A stretch of 64,000 bases of DNA. Source: Escherichia coli. GTDB taxonomy: Bacteria; Pseudomonadota; Gammaproteobacteria; Enterobacterales; Enterobacteriaceae. Positions 26,411-41,965 of this stretch are shown here, piece by piece. The position numbers were made by a program, and so were the translations under genes. The notes under the pieces are model-generated. The model was not told the DNA's origin, did not search any database, and saw only the letters and a list, made by a program, of their open reading frames with translations. The number at the start of each line of letters is the position of its first letter. The stretch's first letter is position 1. Location: NCBI RefSeq assembly GCF_001677475.2, contig NZ_CP015229.1. One strand, given 5' to 3'.

Positions 26411-28183
26411 TCAGTTATTCTCTGCCTTCTTCACAACCTGAATGCTCAGCTCAGCCAGTGCAGTCGGGTTAGCAAAGCTCGGTGCTTCAGTCATCAGACA
26501 TGCTGCCGCCGTGGTTTTCGGGAAGGCGATAACGTCACGGATATTGTCGGTGCCGGTCAGCAGCATGGTCAGACGGTCAAGACCGAACGCCAGACCTGCG
26601 TGCGGCGGAGTACCGTATTTCAGGGCGTCGAGCAGGAAGCCGAATTTCTCGCGCTGTTCCTCTTCGTTGATACCCAGAATACCAAACACCGTCTGCTGCA
26701 TATCACCATTATGGATACGCACAGAACCACCGCCCACTTCGTAACCATTGATGACCATATCGTAAGCGTTCGCCACCGCATTTTCTGGTGCAGCTTTCAG
26801 TTCTGCAGCCGTCATGTCTTTCGGTGAGGTGAACGGATGGTGCATTGCCGTCAGGCCGCCTTCACCGTCGTCTTCAAACATCGGGAAATCGATAACCCAC
26901 AGCGGTGCCCATTTGCTTTCGTCGGTCAGACCAAGGTCTTTACCCACTTTCAGGCGCAGTGCGCCCATCGCGTCGGCAACAATTTTCTTATTGTCGGCAC
27001 CGAAGAAAATCATATCGCCATCTTGCGCGGCAGTACGATCCAGGATGGCTTCGATGATTTCTGCATTAAGGAACTTCGCTACCGGGCTGTTGATACCTTC
27101 CAGACCTTTCGCGCGCTCGTTAACTTTAATGTAAGCCAGACCTTTCGCGCCGTAGATTTTAACGAAGTTACCGTATTCGTCGATCTGTTTACGGGTCAGC
27201 GATGCGCCGCCCGGAACGCGCAGAGCCGCTACGCGACCTTTCGGATCGTTCGCCGGACCTGCAAATACTGAAAATTCAACGGATTTCAGCAGATCGGCAA
27301 CGTCGGTCAGTTCCATCGGGTTACGCAGATCCGGTTTATCAGAACCATAACGGCGTTCTGCTTCCGCAAAGGTCATTACCGGGAAATCACCCAGATCCAC
27401 GCCCTTCACTTCCAGCCACAGATGACGCACCAGCGCTTCCATCACTTCACGCACTTGCGGCGCGGTCATGAAAGAAGTTTCCACATCGATCTGAGTAAAT
27501 TCAGGCTGACGATCAGCGCGCAGGTCTTCGTCACGGAAGCATTTAACGATCTGATAGTAACGGTCAAAACCGGACATCATCAGCAGCTGTTTGAACAACT
27601 GTGGGGATTGCGGCAGTGCGTAGAATTTACCTTTGTGCACACGAGAAGGCACCAGGTAGTCACGCGCGCCTTCCGGCGTGGCTTTGGTCAGCATCGGAGT
27701 TTCGATGTCGAGGAAACCGTGGTCATCCATAAAACGGCGCACCAGGCTGGTGATTTTAGCGCGGGTTTTCAGGCGCTGAGCCATTTCCGGGCGACGCAGG
27801 TCGAGGTAGCGGTATTTCAGACGCGCTTCTTCGGTGTTGACGTGGTTAGAGTCAAGCGGCAGAACATCTGCGCGGTTGATGATAGTCAGCGAGGACGCCA
27901 GCACTTCGATTTCGCCGGTCGCCATATCGCGGTTAATATTTTTTTCGTCACGCGCACGTACGGTGCCCGTGACCTGAATGCAGAACTCATTACGCAGTTC
28001 AGAGGCCAGCTTTAACGCGTCCGCACGATCCGGATCGAAAAATACCTGCACGATACCTTCGCGGTCGCGCATATCGATGAAGATCAGGCTACCAAGATCA
28101 CGACGACGGTTGACCCAACCACACAGAGTCACCTGCTGCCCCACGTGGGACAAACGGAGCTGTCCACAATATTCTGTACGCAT
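26411..28183 (-). CDS. aspS: Aspartate--tRNA ligase
   Basis: 590 aa; [31 protein letters not shown]; class II aaRS. Confidence 0.96.
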   Translation of the reverse strand: MRTEYCGQLRLSHVGQQVTLCGWVNRRRDLGSLIFIDMRDREGIVQVFFDPDRADALKLASELRNEFCIQVTGTVRARDEKNINRDMATGEIEVLASSLTIINRADVLPLDSNHVNTEEARLKYRYLDLRRPEMAQRLKTRAKITSLVRRFMDDHGFLDIETPMLTKATPEGARDYLVPSRVHKGKFYALPQSPQLFKQLLMMSGFDRYYQIVKCFRDEDLRADRQPEFTQIDVETSFMTAPQVREVMEALVRHLWLEVKGVDLGDFPVMTFAEAERRYGSDKPDLRNPMELTDVADLLKSVEFSVFAGPANDPKGRVAALRVPGGASLTRKQIDEYGNFVKIYGAKGLAYIKVNERAKGLEGINSPVAKFLNAEIIEAILDRTAAQDGDMIFFGADNKKIVADAMGALRLKVGKDLGLTDESKWAPLWVIDFPMFEDDGEGGLTAMHHPFTSPKDMTAAELKAAPENAVANAYDMVINGYEVGGGSVRIHNGDMQQTVFGILGINEEEQREKFGFLLDALKYGTPPHAGLAFGLDRLTMLLTGTDNIRDVIAFPKTTAAACLMTEAPSFANPTALAELSIQVVKKAENN

Positions 28184-28492
28184 GAGATATCCCTTAACTT
28201 AGCTGCCGGCGGATGCCCCCTGCTGCGCAGGTGACCAAGTCGCAGCGTTAGCTGTATGTCACAACTGAATGAAAAAAGGCGGCTATTATACTGGAAATTC
28301 TGCCGCACCGTAAGAGCCTGGCCCGCGCTGGAACGCCTCGTTACCACTTTATATCGGGCCTGAAATCAGACTCTACGCCAGTTTGCTATAAAGGTGTTGC
28401 CCGAACTCATAAAAATTAACAAAATTTGTCGTTCCGCCATCGGCTAATCGCATTAAGGTGTGAGGCACGATTTTGTTTTTTCAGGAGTCATC

Positions 28493-29059
28493 ATGCTTGA
28501 ACTTAATGCTAAAACCACTGCGTTGGTGGTGATCGATTTACAAGAAGGCATCTTACCTTTTGCCGGTGGTCCACATACTGCCGATGAGGTGGTTAATCGC
28601 GCCGGGAAGCTGGCGGCAAAATTTCGCGCGAGCGGTCAGCCCGTGTTTCTGGTGCGCGTTGGCTGGTCTGCCGATTATGCCGAAGCATTAAAACAGCTGG
28701 TTGATGCCCCCTCCCCCGCTAAAGTGTTACCCGAAAACTGGTGGCAACATCCTGCTGCATTAGGTGCAACCGACAGCGATATCGAAATCATCAAACGTCA
28801 ATGGGGTGCGTTTTACGGTACGGATCTGGAGTTGCAACTGCGCCGCCGAGGTATCGATACAATAGTGTTATGTGGGATCTCGACCAATATCGGTGTTGAA
28901 TCCACCGCCCGCAATGCCTGGGAACTCGGTTTTAATCTGGTGATTGCCGAAGATGCCTGTAGCGCCGCCAGCGCCGAGCAGCACAATAACAGCATCAACC
29001 ATATCTACCCACGCATCGCCCGTGTGCGCAGTGTGGAAGAGATCCTCAACGCATTATGA
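28493..29059 (+). CDS. yecD: Isochorismatase-family hydrolase
   Basis: 188 aa from [17 protein letters not shown]; overlaps yecE by 4 bp. Confidence 0.88.
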   Translation: MLELNAKTTALVVIDLQEGILPFAGGPHTADEVVNRAGKLAAKFRASGQPVFLVRVGWSADYAEALKQLVDAPSPAKVLPENWWQHPAALGATDSDIEIIKRQWGAFYGTDLELQLRRRGIDTIVLCGISTNIGVESTARNAWELGFNLVIAEDACSAASAEQHNNSINHIYPRIARVRSVEEILNAL

Positions 29060-29874
29060 TTTACATCGGTCTGCCGCAATGGTCGCATCCTAAATGGGTG
29101 CGGTTGGGGATCACCAGCCTTGAAGTGTATGCCCGCCACTTTAACTGCGTGGAGGGCAACACCACGCTTTACGCCCTGCCCAAACTCGAGGTTGTCCTGC
29201 GCTGGCGTGAGCAGACCACAGATGACTTCCGCTTCTGTTTTAAGTTTCCGGCGACCATTTCGCATCAGGCAGCATTACGGCATTGCGATAATTTAGTGAC
29301 TGAATTTTTGACCCGCATGTCACCGTTAGCGCCGCGCATTGGGCAATACTGGCTGCAACTGCCTGCCACATTTGGCCCACGGGAGCTGCCTGCGCTTTGG
29401 CATTTTCTCGACTCTCTTCCCGGCGAATTTAATTATGGTGTGGAAGTCCGCCATCCACAGTTTTTCGCCAAAGGGGAAGAGGAACAAACGCTTAATCGCG
29501 GTTTACATCAGCGCGGCGTTAATCGGGTGATTTTAGACAGCCGCCCGGTTCATGCAGCACGTCCACACAGTGAAGCTATTCGCGACGCTCAACGAAAAAA
29601 ACCTAAAGTTCCGGTACATGCTGTACTGACGGCGACAAATCCGCTGATCCGTTTTATCGGTAGTGATGATATGACGCAAAACCGGGAATTATTTCAGGTC
29701 TGGTTACAAAAATTAGCGCAGTGGCATCAGACCACTACGCCTTATCTTTTTTTACATACGCCAGATATTGCCCAGGCCCCGGAACTGGTACATATCCTGT
29801 GGGAAGACTTACGTAAAACGCTTCCAGAGATCGGAGCAGTTCCGGCTATTCCACAGCAATCTTCTCTTTTCTGA
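29056..29874 (+). CDS. yecE: DUF72-family protein
   Basis: 272 aa; conserved position downstream of yecD. Confidence 0.88.
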   Translation: MIYIGLPQWSHPKWVRLGITSLEVYARHFNCVEGNTTLYALPKLEVVLRWREQTTDDFRFCFKFPATISHQAALRHCDNLVTEFLTRMSPLAPRIGQYWLQLPATFGPRELPALWHFLDSLPGEFNYGVEVRHPQFFAKGEEEQTLNRGLHQRGVNRVILDSRPVHAARPHSEAIRDAQRKKPKVPVHAVLTATNPLIRFIGSDDMTQNRELFQVWLQKLAQWHQTTTPYLFLHTPDIAQAPELVHILWEDLRKTLPEIGAVPAIPQQSSLF

Positions 29875-29926
29875 ATTTGCCACCTATCATAGACAGGTGC
29901 CATCGGCCATTTTAAAGGGAGTTTGT

Positions 29927-32074
<2,148 letters not shown>

Positions 32075-32089
32075 AGGTCTGGTATTACT

Positions 32090-32190
32090 TCCGGATGCGG
32101 CGTGAACGCCTTATCCGGCCTACAAAGCCTTTTTAATTCAATATGTTGCATGGACTATGTAGGTCTGGTAAGCATAGCGCATCAGGCAGT
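32090..32190. repeat. REP elements (two units) between cmoB and torZ
   Basis: CCGGATGCGGCGTGAACGCCTTATCCGGCCTAC and a second GCGCATCAGGCA unit. Confidence 0.7.
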
Positions 32191-32238
32191 TTTACGTTTG
32201 CATAACCTCAGCGCCCGTTTCCGGGCGCTTTTCACGTC

Positions 32239-34668
32239 TTACGCCTGAACAGCTGGCTGATCAAACGCCGTTAACTTCGGTGCATTGCCCGTATATTTTT
32301 CGATATACACCAGCGCAGAGTTACCGGCACAGGCATTTGCCAGCTGAGAGCTGGGGATATCCGCCGTTAACACGTTCGCACTGCCGTTTTTACACAAGCC
32401 ATTTTCCAGATCTGGCCATGCACCTTCATGCACGCATACCACGCCTTTTTTGATCCCGTCAGTCACCACCGCGCCTGTCAGAATCTGACCACGTTTGTTC
32501 CAGACACGCACCAGATCGCCATTCGCAATACCAAAGCGAGCAGCATCTTCGGTGTGAATAGTGATCGGTTCACGATCGGCAACCGCATATTTTTTACGCA
32601 GTTCCGCATAGTTAAGCTGACTGTGTAAACGGTGTGCCGGATGTGCGGTCAGAAGCTGCAACTGCTTATCGTCGGCGGAACCTTTCCACTCATCAGGCGC
32701 AAGCCAGGTTGGGTGTGCCGGGCAATCCTTATAGCCAAATTTTTCCAGCGTTTTGGAGTAAATCTCAATTTTGCCGCTTGGCGTACCCAGCGCATTTTTC
32801 ACCGGATCGGCGCGGAAATCACCATAACGAACGTACTGTTCGTTCTTCTCGCTGCGGCGCATTTCGATCAGTTTATTTTGCTGCCAGAAAGCATTAAACA
32901 TCGGCATAGTCACGCGTTGCGCACGCGCACCTTTCTGAGCGGCATCATAGAAAAATTTCAGCCACGCCATTTCATCTCTACCTTCGGTATAGATCTCTTT
33001 TCCGCCAGGTTTGAGTAATTCAGCAAGATCGGCAAACACGTCAAAATCGTTACGCGCTTCAAATTGCGCAGCGACAGCCTGCTTCATCGGTACAATATGC
33101 TGGTTGCTGTAATCACCGGTCATCGTCAAGTCATTGCGCTCAAACGATGTGGTGATCGGTAATACGATATCTGCATGTTTAGCAGCTGCGGTCCAGTAGC
33201 ATTCAGAAACGACGATCATCTCCGGTTTCTGCCATGCTTTAATCAGACGATTAGTATCCTGGTGATGGGTAAAGTTACCGCCACCCGCCCACCAGATCAT
33301 TTTGATATTCGGATACGTTTGTTCTTTACCGTTATGCTGATATTTGCCGCCAGGATTTTCCAGCGCATCGACGATACGGGCAACAGGAATCGCCGTCATT
33401 CCGCCATCATCAGCGGCCTCGCTGGCCTGTCCGGCAATCGCCGCAGACATTTCCGGCAGCACGCCGCCAACACGCGTCGGGTTGCCACCGTTTGAGTAAT
33501 GATAAGAGAAACCAAACCCGCCGCCCGGTGTACCAATCTGCCCTAACATCGCCGCCAGCGTCACCAGCATCCAGTGTTTCTGTTCACCATATTGCTGGCC
33601 CTGAATTCCCCAGCCAGCCATCAGCATTGTGCGATTCGCCGCCATCAGTTCAGCGAGTTTGACTATCTGCGCTTCCGGTACGCCAGTAATTTCCGCCGCC
33701 CAGGCCGCGCTCTTCGGGGTATTATCGCTCTTACCTGTCAGATACTCTTCAAACTGCGGATATCCGGTAGTGTATTTTTCAAGGAACACTTTATCGTGTT
33801 TGCCTTGTGTCATCAGGGTATGCGCGATCCCTAACATCAGTGCCACGTCGGTGCCCATATTCGGCGCGATCCAGGTGGCATTATCGCCAAAGAATTCGAT
33901 GGTTTCGGAGCGGATAGGATCAATGGCAATCACTGGTTTGCCAGATTTTTTCAGCTGATGGAAGTATTCCAGCCCTTGCTCATCGGTACTGCTCCAGGCA
34001 ATTTTTAAGGTATTCAGCGGGTTCATCCCCCACAGCACCACAACCTGGCTGTTTTCCAGAATCAGCGGCCAGGAGGTCTGCTGTTCATACACCTCTACAG
34101 AACCGACCACATGCGGCATGATCACCTGTGCTGCCCCGGTTGAATAATCGCCGCTATGCCCGGAATAACCGCCCGCCAGGTTCATATAACGTTGCAGTAA
34201 GGTTTGCGCTTTATGCAACACGCCAGAAGAGCGCCAGCCGTAAGATCCGGCAAAAATGGCCGATGGTCCGTTAGCTTTACGAATACGATCATGTTGCTCA
34301 TGAATCAGTTTTAATGCTTGTTCCCAGCTCACCTGTACATAGGTATCTTCGCCACGACCTTTTGCCGGTTGCAGTGGATTATCGAGATAGCTTTTTCTCA
34401 CCATCGGATGCTGAATACGCGCCGTGGTGTGTACCTGATCCACCGCCGTAGACTGTAAGGAGTTCGGTATAGTTTTCGCCAGCGCGCCTGTTGAAGAAAC
34501 AATCTTGCCGTCCTTCACTTCTACGTTCATCGCTCCCCAACGGCCAGCGGTGAGGATTTTACCGCCCTTCTCTTCTGCCCATGCGGGTAGCGGTGCAGCC
34601 GATGTCACCACCAGCGCCCCAGCGGCAATACCGCTGTGTTTAATAAATTCACGTCTTGTTAATGTCAT
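32239..34668 (-). CDS. torZ: Trimethylamine-N-oxide reductase 2 catalytic subunit (molybdopterin), Tat signal
   Basis: 809 aa from [31 protein letters not shown] (twin-arginine signal); DMSO/TMAO reductase family. Confidence 0.93.
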   Translation of the reverse strand: MTLTRREFIKHSGIAAGALVVTSAAPLPAWAEEKGGKILTAGRWGAMNVEVKDGKIVSSTGALAKTIPNSLQSTAVDQVHTTARIQHPMVRKSYLDNPLQPAKGRGEDTYVQVSWEQALKLIHEQHDRIRKANGPSAIFAGSYGWRSSGVLHKAQTLLQRYMNLAGGYSGHSGDYSTGAAQVIMPHVVGSVEVYEQQTSWPLILENSQVVVLWGMNPLNTLKIAWSSTDEQGLEYFHQLKKSGKPVIAIDPIRSETIEFFGDNATWIAPNMGTDVALMLGIAHTLMTQGKHDKVFLEKYTTGYPQFEEYLTGKSDNTPKSAAWAAEITGVPEAQIVKLAELMAANRTMLMAGWGIQGQQYGEQKHWMLVTLAAMLGQIGTPGGGFGFSYHYSNGGNPTRVGGVLPEMSAAIAGQASEAADDGGMTAIPVARIVDALENPGGKYQHNGKEQTYPNIKMIWWAGGGNFTHHQDTNRLIKAWQKPEMIVVSECYWTAAAKHADIVLPITTSFERNDLTMTGDYSNQHIVPMKQAVAAQFEARNDFDVFADLAELLKPGGKEIYTEGRDEMAWLKFFYDAAQKGARAQRVTMPMFNAFWQQNKLIEMRRSEKNEQYVRYGDFRADPVKNALGTPSGKIEIYSKTLEKFGYKDCPAHPTWLAPDEWKGSADDKQLQLLTAHPAHRLHSQLNYAELRKKYAVADREPITIHTEDAARFGIANGDLVRVWNKRGQILTGAVVTDGIKKGVVCVHEGAWPDLENGLCKNGSANVLTADIPSSQLANACAGNSALVYIEKYTGNAPKLTAFDQPAVQA

Positions 34669-34692
34669 AACTTCCTCCCTGATCAACGAGGA

Positions 34693-35793
34693 TCACTGTT
34701 TCTCGGTAATATCTTTGGCGTTGTACTGGAAGTACCGCGTCAAAATGTCCAGTTCGTTTTCGCTCATGCTGGTTCGCGCCCCCATTCCTTTGGCAATGGA
34801 CGGCCATGCATTGACGGTGTAATGGTCAGCGGCAATAGGCGCATGGCAACCAGCGCAATAGGTATCGTCAAGTTTTTCAGCGTATTGCCATAGCGGTTTA
34901 CGGTCCGCTAATGCGGGATCGGTAAGCGCACCCTGTAAAGACGCCTGACGCCATTGATTGCCGTATTCGTCAGCCTGCCATTCCCCGTTTACCGTGAGCG
35001 CCTTGATACCTTCTTCACTTAATGTGGCTAACGCCAGCCGTTGACCTGCCGCAAGGTAGAGCGTGTTTTCACTGCCCTGCATTTGATAACCCTGCAACAG
35101 AACGATCGGCTGTTTGCCACTGGCATCAACGACGGTGAGATCGGTACCAGGATTCACAGTAGCCAGTTCACCTATGCGAGAAGTTTTGAAAGGATAAATA
35201 TGTACGCCATTAGTCACTGAAGTAGCGGCCTGACTTTCCAGCTCATGCGCCGCGTTGTCATCCATTTTTATTTCTGGCGGAAAATGAGTAATGCCTTTAT
35301 GACAATCGATACAGGTTTCGCCGCCCTTTTGTGCTTTGTTATGCATTTTCTGCGCAGATTCACTTTGCGAGGCAATATCCATGGCATCAAAAGAATGGCA
35401 ACTACGGCACGTTGCAGAGTCAGTGGCTTTTAATTCTTTCCATACTGTTTCGGCCATTTCCTGGCGATGTGCTTCGAACTTATCGTCACTGTCTATTTTG
35501 CCGCTAACAAATTCATGATAAATATCTTTAGATGCTTTTAATTTAGCGAATAAATAATCCATCCCTGACTTTGGAATATGGCAATCGGCACATTCCGTAC
35601 GTATCCCTTTCTGGTTCGAAAAGTGGACAGTTCCCTGATATTCCTCAAAAGGTTTACTCATCGAGTGGCAGGAAAGGCAAAATGCGGTATCCGACGTTTT
35701 ATGTAAGACTTTTTGCGCCAGCAATAACCCGCCGCCACCCACCACTACTGCCATGAGCAGAAAAAATAACCAAATGCGTTTTTTCCCTCGCAT
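34693..35793 (-). CDS. torY: Pentaheme c-type cytochrome (NapC/NirT/TorC family), electron donor to TorZ
   Basis: 366 aa; multiple CxxCH motifs (CLSCH, CADCH, CRSCH, CIDCH, CAGCH). Confidence 0.93.
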   Translation of the reverse strand: MRGKKRIWLFFLLMAVVVGGGGLLLAQKVLHKTSDTAFCLSCHSMSKPFEEYQGTVHFSNQKGIRTECADCHIPKSGMDYLFAKLKASKDIYHEFVSGKIDSDDKFEAHRQEMAETVWKELKATDSATCRSCHSFDAMDIASQSESAQKMHNKAQKGGETCIDCHKGITHFPPEIKMDDNAAHELESQAATSVTNGVHIYPFKTSRIGELATVNPGTDLTVVDASGKQPIVLLQGYQMQGSENTLYLAAGQRLALATLSEEGIKALTVNGEWQADEYGNQWRQASLQGALTDPALADRKPLWQYAEKLDDTYCAGCHAPIAADHYTVNAWPSIAKGMGARTSMSENELDILTRYFQYNAKDITEKQ

Positions 35794-36088
35794 AGATTCC
35801 TCTAATTAAATTCCAGTACACCGAACTAGTTGTATAAATAAATACACAACGAATTAATAACTCACTAAATTCGGCACAACACTGCCTGAAATAATCGACA
35901 AAGAATATGATTTATTGCAATTTAACCATTAATTATTAAAGAAGAAAGCAGTCGTTATTTTTAATACATATTTGGTAGTTTTAATAATTTAAATTACATA
36001 GCTAATATGAATATATATAACATTTTAGCAGCATGAATTTTCGCACTATCACACGATAGCTGTTCATTTTTTATACTGTTCAAGGATA

Positions 36089-36121
36089 AAAAAAGGCCCC
36101 TGTTGAATGGGCAGGGGCCTG
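36089..36121 (-). terminator. Rho-independent terminator downstream of cutC
   Basis: GGCCCCTG-TTGAATGG-GCAGGGGCC hairpin with a U-run on the minus strand (A-run on plus). Confidence 0.75.
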
Positions 36122-36166
36122 GTACGAGCAAGCATCATATTGGGCGACATGATGCAACGGTAAAAA

Positions 36167-36922
<756 letters not shown>

Positions 36923-36926
36923 TTAA

Positions 36927-37493
36927 TTACGCCGACTGCTCGCTGGCAACGATCTCTTCAATGGACCACGGATGAAATTTAATGGTCGTTTTGCCATCGG
37001 TGACCGCCAGCGTCGGATTCGGTAATCGTTCATGCTCACCTTTTGGCGAACTGGTTTTAACTGAGATCCCCGGTAGGCTGAGTCCTTCATCAGAAAGCAA
37101 TGCCAGCGCACGGGCATTCAGCGTTTCTGGATCACCCGGCAGAACGATTTCAATATGTTCCCAACCTTCGTGCGGGTAACGTTTTTCCCCGGGCCACGGT
37201 AGCTCCACAATGGAAAACTGCCAGTGCGCAACCTGTACCGGTTCATGCAATTTAAACAGACAAATCGGTCTGCCATTGATCATATTTTCTGACAAAAGCT
37301 CGCCGCACTGTTCAAACCCGCGACGCCAGCGTTCAGCTGTGGCGTTTTGATGGCAACGCAAAGAAATGTGATCGGCAGTCAGCGGAGTGATATCCAACCC
37401 CAGACGGCGGGAAAGTTCATCTAATGCGTGGGTAAATCGCGGTAAATCCGATGCAATATCCTGCAGCTCGTCGATAGATTGCCAGTTCGCCAT
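36927..37493 (-). CDS. yecM: VOC/glyoxalase-fold protein
   Basis: 188 aa from MANWQSIDELQDIASDLPRF. Confidence 0.88.
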   Translation of the reverse strand: MANWQSIDELQDIASDLPRFTHALDELSRRLGLDITPLTADHISLRCHQNATAERWRRGFEQCGELLSENMINGRPICLFKLHEPVQVAHWQFSIVELPWPGEKRYPHEGWEHIEIVLPGDPETLNARALALLSDEGLSLPGISVKTSSPKGEHERLPNPTLAVTDGKTTIKFHPWSIEEIVASEQSA

Positions 37494-37708
37494 AATCACT
37501 CTTCGTCTTTCAGTAAAAGCGTTAATTTACCCTGTTGCCCTGCGCCAACCAACCGCTGATTTCACGCCGCTTCTGATGCAATAGTGAAAACGGCAATACG
37601 CCACGCGCACGTTGCTGACGAAAACAGCCATTTGCAGTATACTCCCGCCCTAATTTCTTTAACTGGTGCGGGTAATTTTTGCTCGCTTCATCAATGTAAG
37701 GTATTCCG

Positions 37709-39442
37709 GTGAATATTCAGGCTCTTCTCTCAGAAAAAGTCCGTCAGGCCATGATTGCGGCAGGCGCGCCTGCGGATTGCGAACCGCAGGTTCGTCAGTC
37801 AGCAAAAGTTCAGTTCGGCGACTATCAGGCTAACGGCATGATGGCAGTTGCTAAAAAACTGGGTATGGCACCGCGACAATTAGCAGAGCAGGTGCTGACT
37901 CATCTGGATCTTAACGGTATCGCCAGCAAAGTTGAGATCGCCGGTCCAGGCTTTATCAACATTTTCCTTGATCCGGCATTCCTGGCTGACCATGTTCAGC
38001 AGGCGCTGGCGTCCGATCGTCTCGGTGTTGCTACGCCAGAAAAACAGACCATTGTGGTTGACTACTCTGCGCCAAACGTGGCGAAAGAGATGCATGTCGG
38101 TCACCTGCGCTCTACCATTATTGGTGACGCAGCAGTTCGTACTCTGGAGTTCCTCGGTCACAAAGTGATTCGCGCAAACCACGTCGGCGACTGGGGCACT
38201 CAGTTCGGTATGCTGATTGCATGGCTGGAAAAGCAGCAGCAGGAAAACGCCGGTGAAATGGAGCTGGCTGACCTTGAAGGTTTCTACCGCGATGCGAAAA
38301 AGCATTACGATGAAGATGAAGAGTTCGCCGAGCGCGCACGTAACTACGTGGTAAAACTGCAAAGCGGTGACGAATACTTCCGCGAGATGTGGCGCAAACT
38401 GGTCGACATCACCATGACGCAGAACCAGATCACCTACGATCGTCTGAACGTGACGTTGACCCGCGATGACGTCATGGGTGAAAGTCTCTACAACCCAATG
38501 CTGCCGGGTATCGTGGCGGACCTGAAAGCCAAAGGTCTGGCAGTAGAAAGTGAAGGCGCGACCGTCGTATTCCTTGATGAGTTCAAAAACAAGGAAGGCG
38601 AACCGATGGGCGTGATCATTCAGAAGAAAGATGGCGGCTATCTCTACACCACCACTGATATCGCCTGTGCGAAATATCGTTATGAAACACTGCATGCCGA
38701 TCGCGTGCTGTATTACATCGACTCCCGTCAGCATCAACACCTGATGCAGGCGTGGGCTATCGTCCGCAAAGCAGGCTATGTACCGGAATCCGTACCGCTG
38801 GAACACCACATGTTCGGCATGATGCTGGGTAAAGACGGCAAACCGTTCAAAACCCGTGCTGGCGGTACGGTGAAACTGGCCGATCTGCTGGATGAAGCCC
38901 TGGAACGCGCACGCCGTCTGGTGGCAGAGAAAAACCCGGACATGCCAGCTGACGAGCTGGAAAAACTGGCTAACGCGGTTGGTATTGGTGCGGTGAAATA
39001 TGCGGATCTCTCCAAAAACCGCACTACCGACTACATCTTCGACTGGGACAACATGCTGGCGTTTGAGGGTAATACCGCGCCATACATGCAGTATGCTTAC
39101 ACGCGTGTATTGTCCGTGTTCCGTAAAGCAGAAATTGACGAAGAGCAACTGGCTGCAGCTCCGGTTATCATCCGTGAAGATCGTGAAGCGCAACTGGCAG
39201 CTCGCCTGCTGCAGTTTGAAGAAACCCTCACCGTGGTTGCCCGTGAAGGCACGCCGCATGTGATGTGTGCTTACCTGTACGATCTGGCTGGTCTGTTCTC
39301 TGGCTTCTACGAGCACTGCCCGATCCTCAGCGCAGAAAACGAAGAAGTGCGTAACAGCCGTCTGAAACTGGCACAACTGACGGCGAAGACGCTGAAACTG
39401 GGTCTGGATACGCTGGGTATTGAGACAGTAGAGCGTATGTAA
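37709..39442 (+). CDS. argS: Arginine--tRNA ligase
   Basis: 577 aa; HVGH (HIGH-type) motif; class I aaRS. Confidence 0.96.
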   Translation: MNIQALLSEKVRQAMIAAGAPADCEPQVRQSAKVQFGDYQANGMMAVAKKLGMAPRQLAEQVLTHLDLNGIASKVEIAGPGFINIFLDPAFLADHVQQALASDRLGVATPEKQTIVVDYSAPNVAKEMHVGHLRSTIIGDAAVRTLEFLGHKVIRANHVGDWGTQFGMLIAWLEKQQQENAGEMELADLEGFYRDAKKHYDEDEEFAERARNYVVKLQSGDEYFREMWRKLVDITMTQNQITYDRLNVTLTRDDVMGESLYNPMLPGIVADLKAKGLAVESEGATVVFLDEFKNKEGEPMGVIIQKKDGGYLYTTTDIACAKYRYETLHADRVLYYIDSRQHQHLMQAWAIVRKAGYVPESVPLEHHMFGMMLGKDGKPFKTRAGGTVKLADLLDEALERARRLVAEKNPDMPADELEKLANAVGIGAVKYADLSKNRTTDYIFDWDNMLAFEGNTAPYMQYAYTRVLSVFRKAEIDEEQLAAAPVIIREDREAQLAARLLQFEETLTVVAREGTPHVMCAYLYDLAGLFSGFYEHCPILSAENEEVRNSRLKLAQLTAKTLKLGLDTLGIETVERM

Positions 39443-39457
39443 TCGCGTTATACGGCA

Positions 39458-39492
39458 AAAGCCGATGTCATAGCAGACATCGGCTTTTTTAT
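39458..39492. terminator. Bidirectional rho-independent terminator shared by convergent argS and flhE
   Basis: AAAAGCCGATGTC-ATAGCAG-ACATCGGCTTTTTT within the 52-bp gap. Confidence 0.8.
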
Positions 39493-39494
39493 CA

Positions 39495-39887
39495 TTAACG
39501 ATAATTCACAATCACTTCATTCCGTTGTACCTTTAGCGGCGGAATTAACCGCCCACCGCCAGGCACTTCCCAGATAAATCGCAACGGTTCTATCGCCGGT
39601 ATACCGGAAAAGGCCACGGTGGTTCCACTCTGCCCTTCTAATTCGACACAACGAGATTGTGAACACAAGCGAACCCGCAGTCCTGCAGGTGTCGGGCCGA
39701 TAAGCTGATAACGCCACGCCACCAGCGTCATCAATCCTGCAGCAGGTTGTCGCGTAGAAAGAGGCGCTGACGACATCGACTCACCACGGTGATTCAGCGT
39801 AACGCCCACACTACTCGCCTGCCACATCCCCTCCCCGGCGGCTTGCACCAGCAGCGGAAACAATAATATTGCTAATAAGGTTCTCAT
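39495..39887 (-). CDS. flhE: Flagellar protein FlhE
   Basis: 130 aa with signal peptide; start overlaps the flhA stop. Confidence 0.9.
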   Translation of the reverse strand: MRTLLAILLFPLLVQAAGEGMWQASSVGVTLNHRGESMSSAPLSTRQPAAGLMTLVAWRYQLIGPTPAGLRVRLCSQSRCVELEGQSGTTVAFSGIPAIEPLRFIWEVPGGGRLIPPLKVQRNEVIVNYR

Positions 39888-41965
39888 CATTTACCGCCAA
39901 TTGTCGCCGTCATGCGGATATGTCGGTTATCAGATAGTTCCAGATTCGACAGCACCACTAACTGCGGCAGACTGCGGCGCAGAAAGCGAGACAATAATGG
40001 TCGCAGCGCGTGGTTCACCAACAATACTGGCGGCGCACCCAACATCTCCTGACGGGATAGAGCTTCCTGAGTTTGCGCCAGTAAACGATCCGCCAATCCT
40101 GGCTCCAGTCCTCCCCCGCCCTGCAGCGCCTGTAGTAACAAACGTTCTAGCGGTGTATCGAGGCCAATAACATGGACTTCATCTTTGCCAGGAAACCACT
40201 GCTGGGTAATCGCCCGTCCCAACGCCACGCGCACGACGGCGGTTAATTCATGTGGATCGCTTTGGATGGGCGCATGTTCCGCCAGCGTTTCGAGAATGGT
40301 GCGCATATCGCGAATCGGTACTTTTTCATCGAGGAGATTTTGCAGCACTTTATGCAGTGTGGTGAGCGTGACGACGCCAGGAACGAGATCTTCCGTCAGC
40401 TTTGGCATCTCCTGGGCGACGCGATCCAACAGCTGTTGCGCCTCCTGACGACCAAACAGCTCTGCGGCATGCTGGCTAATGAGGTGGTTAAGATGCGTTG
40501 CTACCACCGTGCTGGCCTCAACCACTGTGTACCCCTGAGTCTGCGCCTGTTCTTTTAGCGCACTTTCAATCCAGATAGCATTCAGGCCAAATGCCGGATC
40601 GACGGTCGCCTCACCAGGTAACGTCCCGGCAGCGGTACCAGGGTTAATTGCCAGCCAGCGCCCCGGATAAGCATCACCACTGCCAATCTCTACGCCTTTC
40701 ATCAAAATACGATAACGTGCCGGTTGCAGATCCATATTGTCGCGAATGTGCACCACCGGCGGCAAGAAGCCCATTTCCTGAGCAAATTTCTTACGAATAC
40801 TACGAATACGGCCCAGCAACTCGCCATCTTGTTGGAAATCAACCATCGGGATCAGTCGATAACCCACTTCCATTCCCAGAGAATCTTCCAGTTGTACATC
40901 GTTCCACGTCGCTTCGACAACGGTATTATTCTCTGCCATTTTTACCGGTTTGGGTTCGGCAGGCGCTTTTTGTTCGCGTCCGCGTATCCACCAGGCCAGC
41001 CCGAGCAATCCGGCAGTGAACAGCAAAAATACCAGGTTCGGCATTCCAGGCACCAGGCCGAGTAAACCGAGCACGGCGGCGCTTAACAACATAACGCTCG
41101 GGTTACTGAAAAGCTGATTCACCATCTGCTCGCCAACATCCTGATCGGTGCTGACACGCGTAACGATGACTCCCGCGGCGGTAGAAATCACCAGCGCCGG
41201 GATTTGTGCCACCAGACCGTCGCCAATGGTCAATAGCGTATAACTTTCCGCAGCGTGTCCCATGCTCATGCCATGTTGCAGCACACCGACCAGCAATCCG
41301 CCGACAACGTTAATGACCATGATGAGGATCCCGGCGATGGCATCGCCGCGAACAAACTTACTTGCCCCGTCCATTGAGCCGTAAAAATCGGCTTCCTGAG
41401 TCACTTCGGAGCGGCGTTTTTTCGCCTCATCTTCACCAATCAATCCGGCGTTAAGGTCGGCGTCAATCGCCATCTGCTTACCCGGCATACCATCGAGAAC
41501 AAAGCGCGCACCCACTTCTGCGATACGCCCGGCACCTTTGGTAATGACCATAAAGTTGATGATCACGAGAATGACAAACACCACGATACCGATAGCGAAA
41601 TTGCCACCAACGAGGAAGTGACCGAACGCTTCGACCACCTTTCCAGCCGCCGCCGCGCCGGTATGACCTTCCATCAAAATGATACGGGTTGAAGCCACGT
41701 TAAGTGCGAGACGCAACAGCGTGGTAAACAACAGAATGGTCGGAAACGCAGCAAACTCGAGCGTGCGCTGGGTAAACATCGCCACCAGCAACACCATGAT
41801 CGACAAGGCAATATTGAAGGTAAACAACAGGTCGAGTATGAATGCGGGCAGTGGCAGCACCATCATCGACAAGATCAGCAGGATCAAAATCGGTCCGGCA
41901 AGGATCTGCCATTGTGTCGATTTCAGGTTTGCAGGCAGGCGCAGCATCGCGGCCAGATTACTCAT
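39887..41965 (-). CDS. flhA: Flagellar type III export apparatus protein FlhA
   Basis: 692 aa from MSNLAAMLRLPANLKSTQWQ; the six-frame ORF over-extends by 25 codons. Confidence 0.95.
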   Translation of the reverse strand: MSNLAAMLRLPANLKSTQWQILAGPILILLILSMMVLPLPAFILDLLFTFNIALSIMVLLVAMFTQRTLEFAAFPTILLFTTLLRLALNVASTRIILMEGHTGAAAAGKVVEAFGHFLVGGNFAIGIVVFVILVIINFMVITKGAGRIAEVGARFVLDGMPGKQMAIDADLNAGLIGEDEAKKRRSEVTQEADFYGSMDGASKFVRGDAIAGILIMVINVVGGLLVGVLQHGMSMGHAAESYTLLTIGDGLVAQIPALVISTAAGVIVTRVSTDQDVGEQMVNQLFSNPSVMLLSAAVLGLLGLVPGMPNLVFLLFTAGLLGLAWWIRGREQKAPAEPKPVKMAENNTVVEATWNDVQLEDSLGMEVGYRLIPMVDFQQDGELLGRIRSIRKKFAQEMGFLPPVVHIRDNMDLQPARYRILMKGVEIGSGDAYPGRWLAINPGTAAGTLPGEATVDPAFGLNAIWIESALKEQAQTQGYTVVEASTVVATHLNHLISQHAAELFGRQEAQQLLDRVAQEMPKLTEDLVPGVVTLTTLHKVLQNLLDEKVPIRDMRTILETLAEHAPIQSDPHELTAVVRVALGRAITQQWFPGKDEVHVIGLDTPLERLLLQALQGGGGLEPGLADRLLAQTQEALSRQEMLGAPPVLLVNHALRPLLSRFLRRSLPQLVVLSNLELSDNRHIRMTATIGGK

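Noticed and set aside
27422-28015. 197-aa plus-strand ORF, plus several others inside aspS
   Set aside because: Antisense to aspS; His/Phe/Val-rich shadow ORFs.
37880-39376. 498-aa ORF on the minus strand
   Set aside because: Lies entirely antisense within argS. The Cys/His/Phe/Val-rich low-complexity translation is typical of a shadow ORF opposite a highly expressed GC-biased gene.
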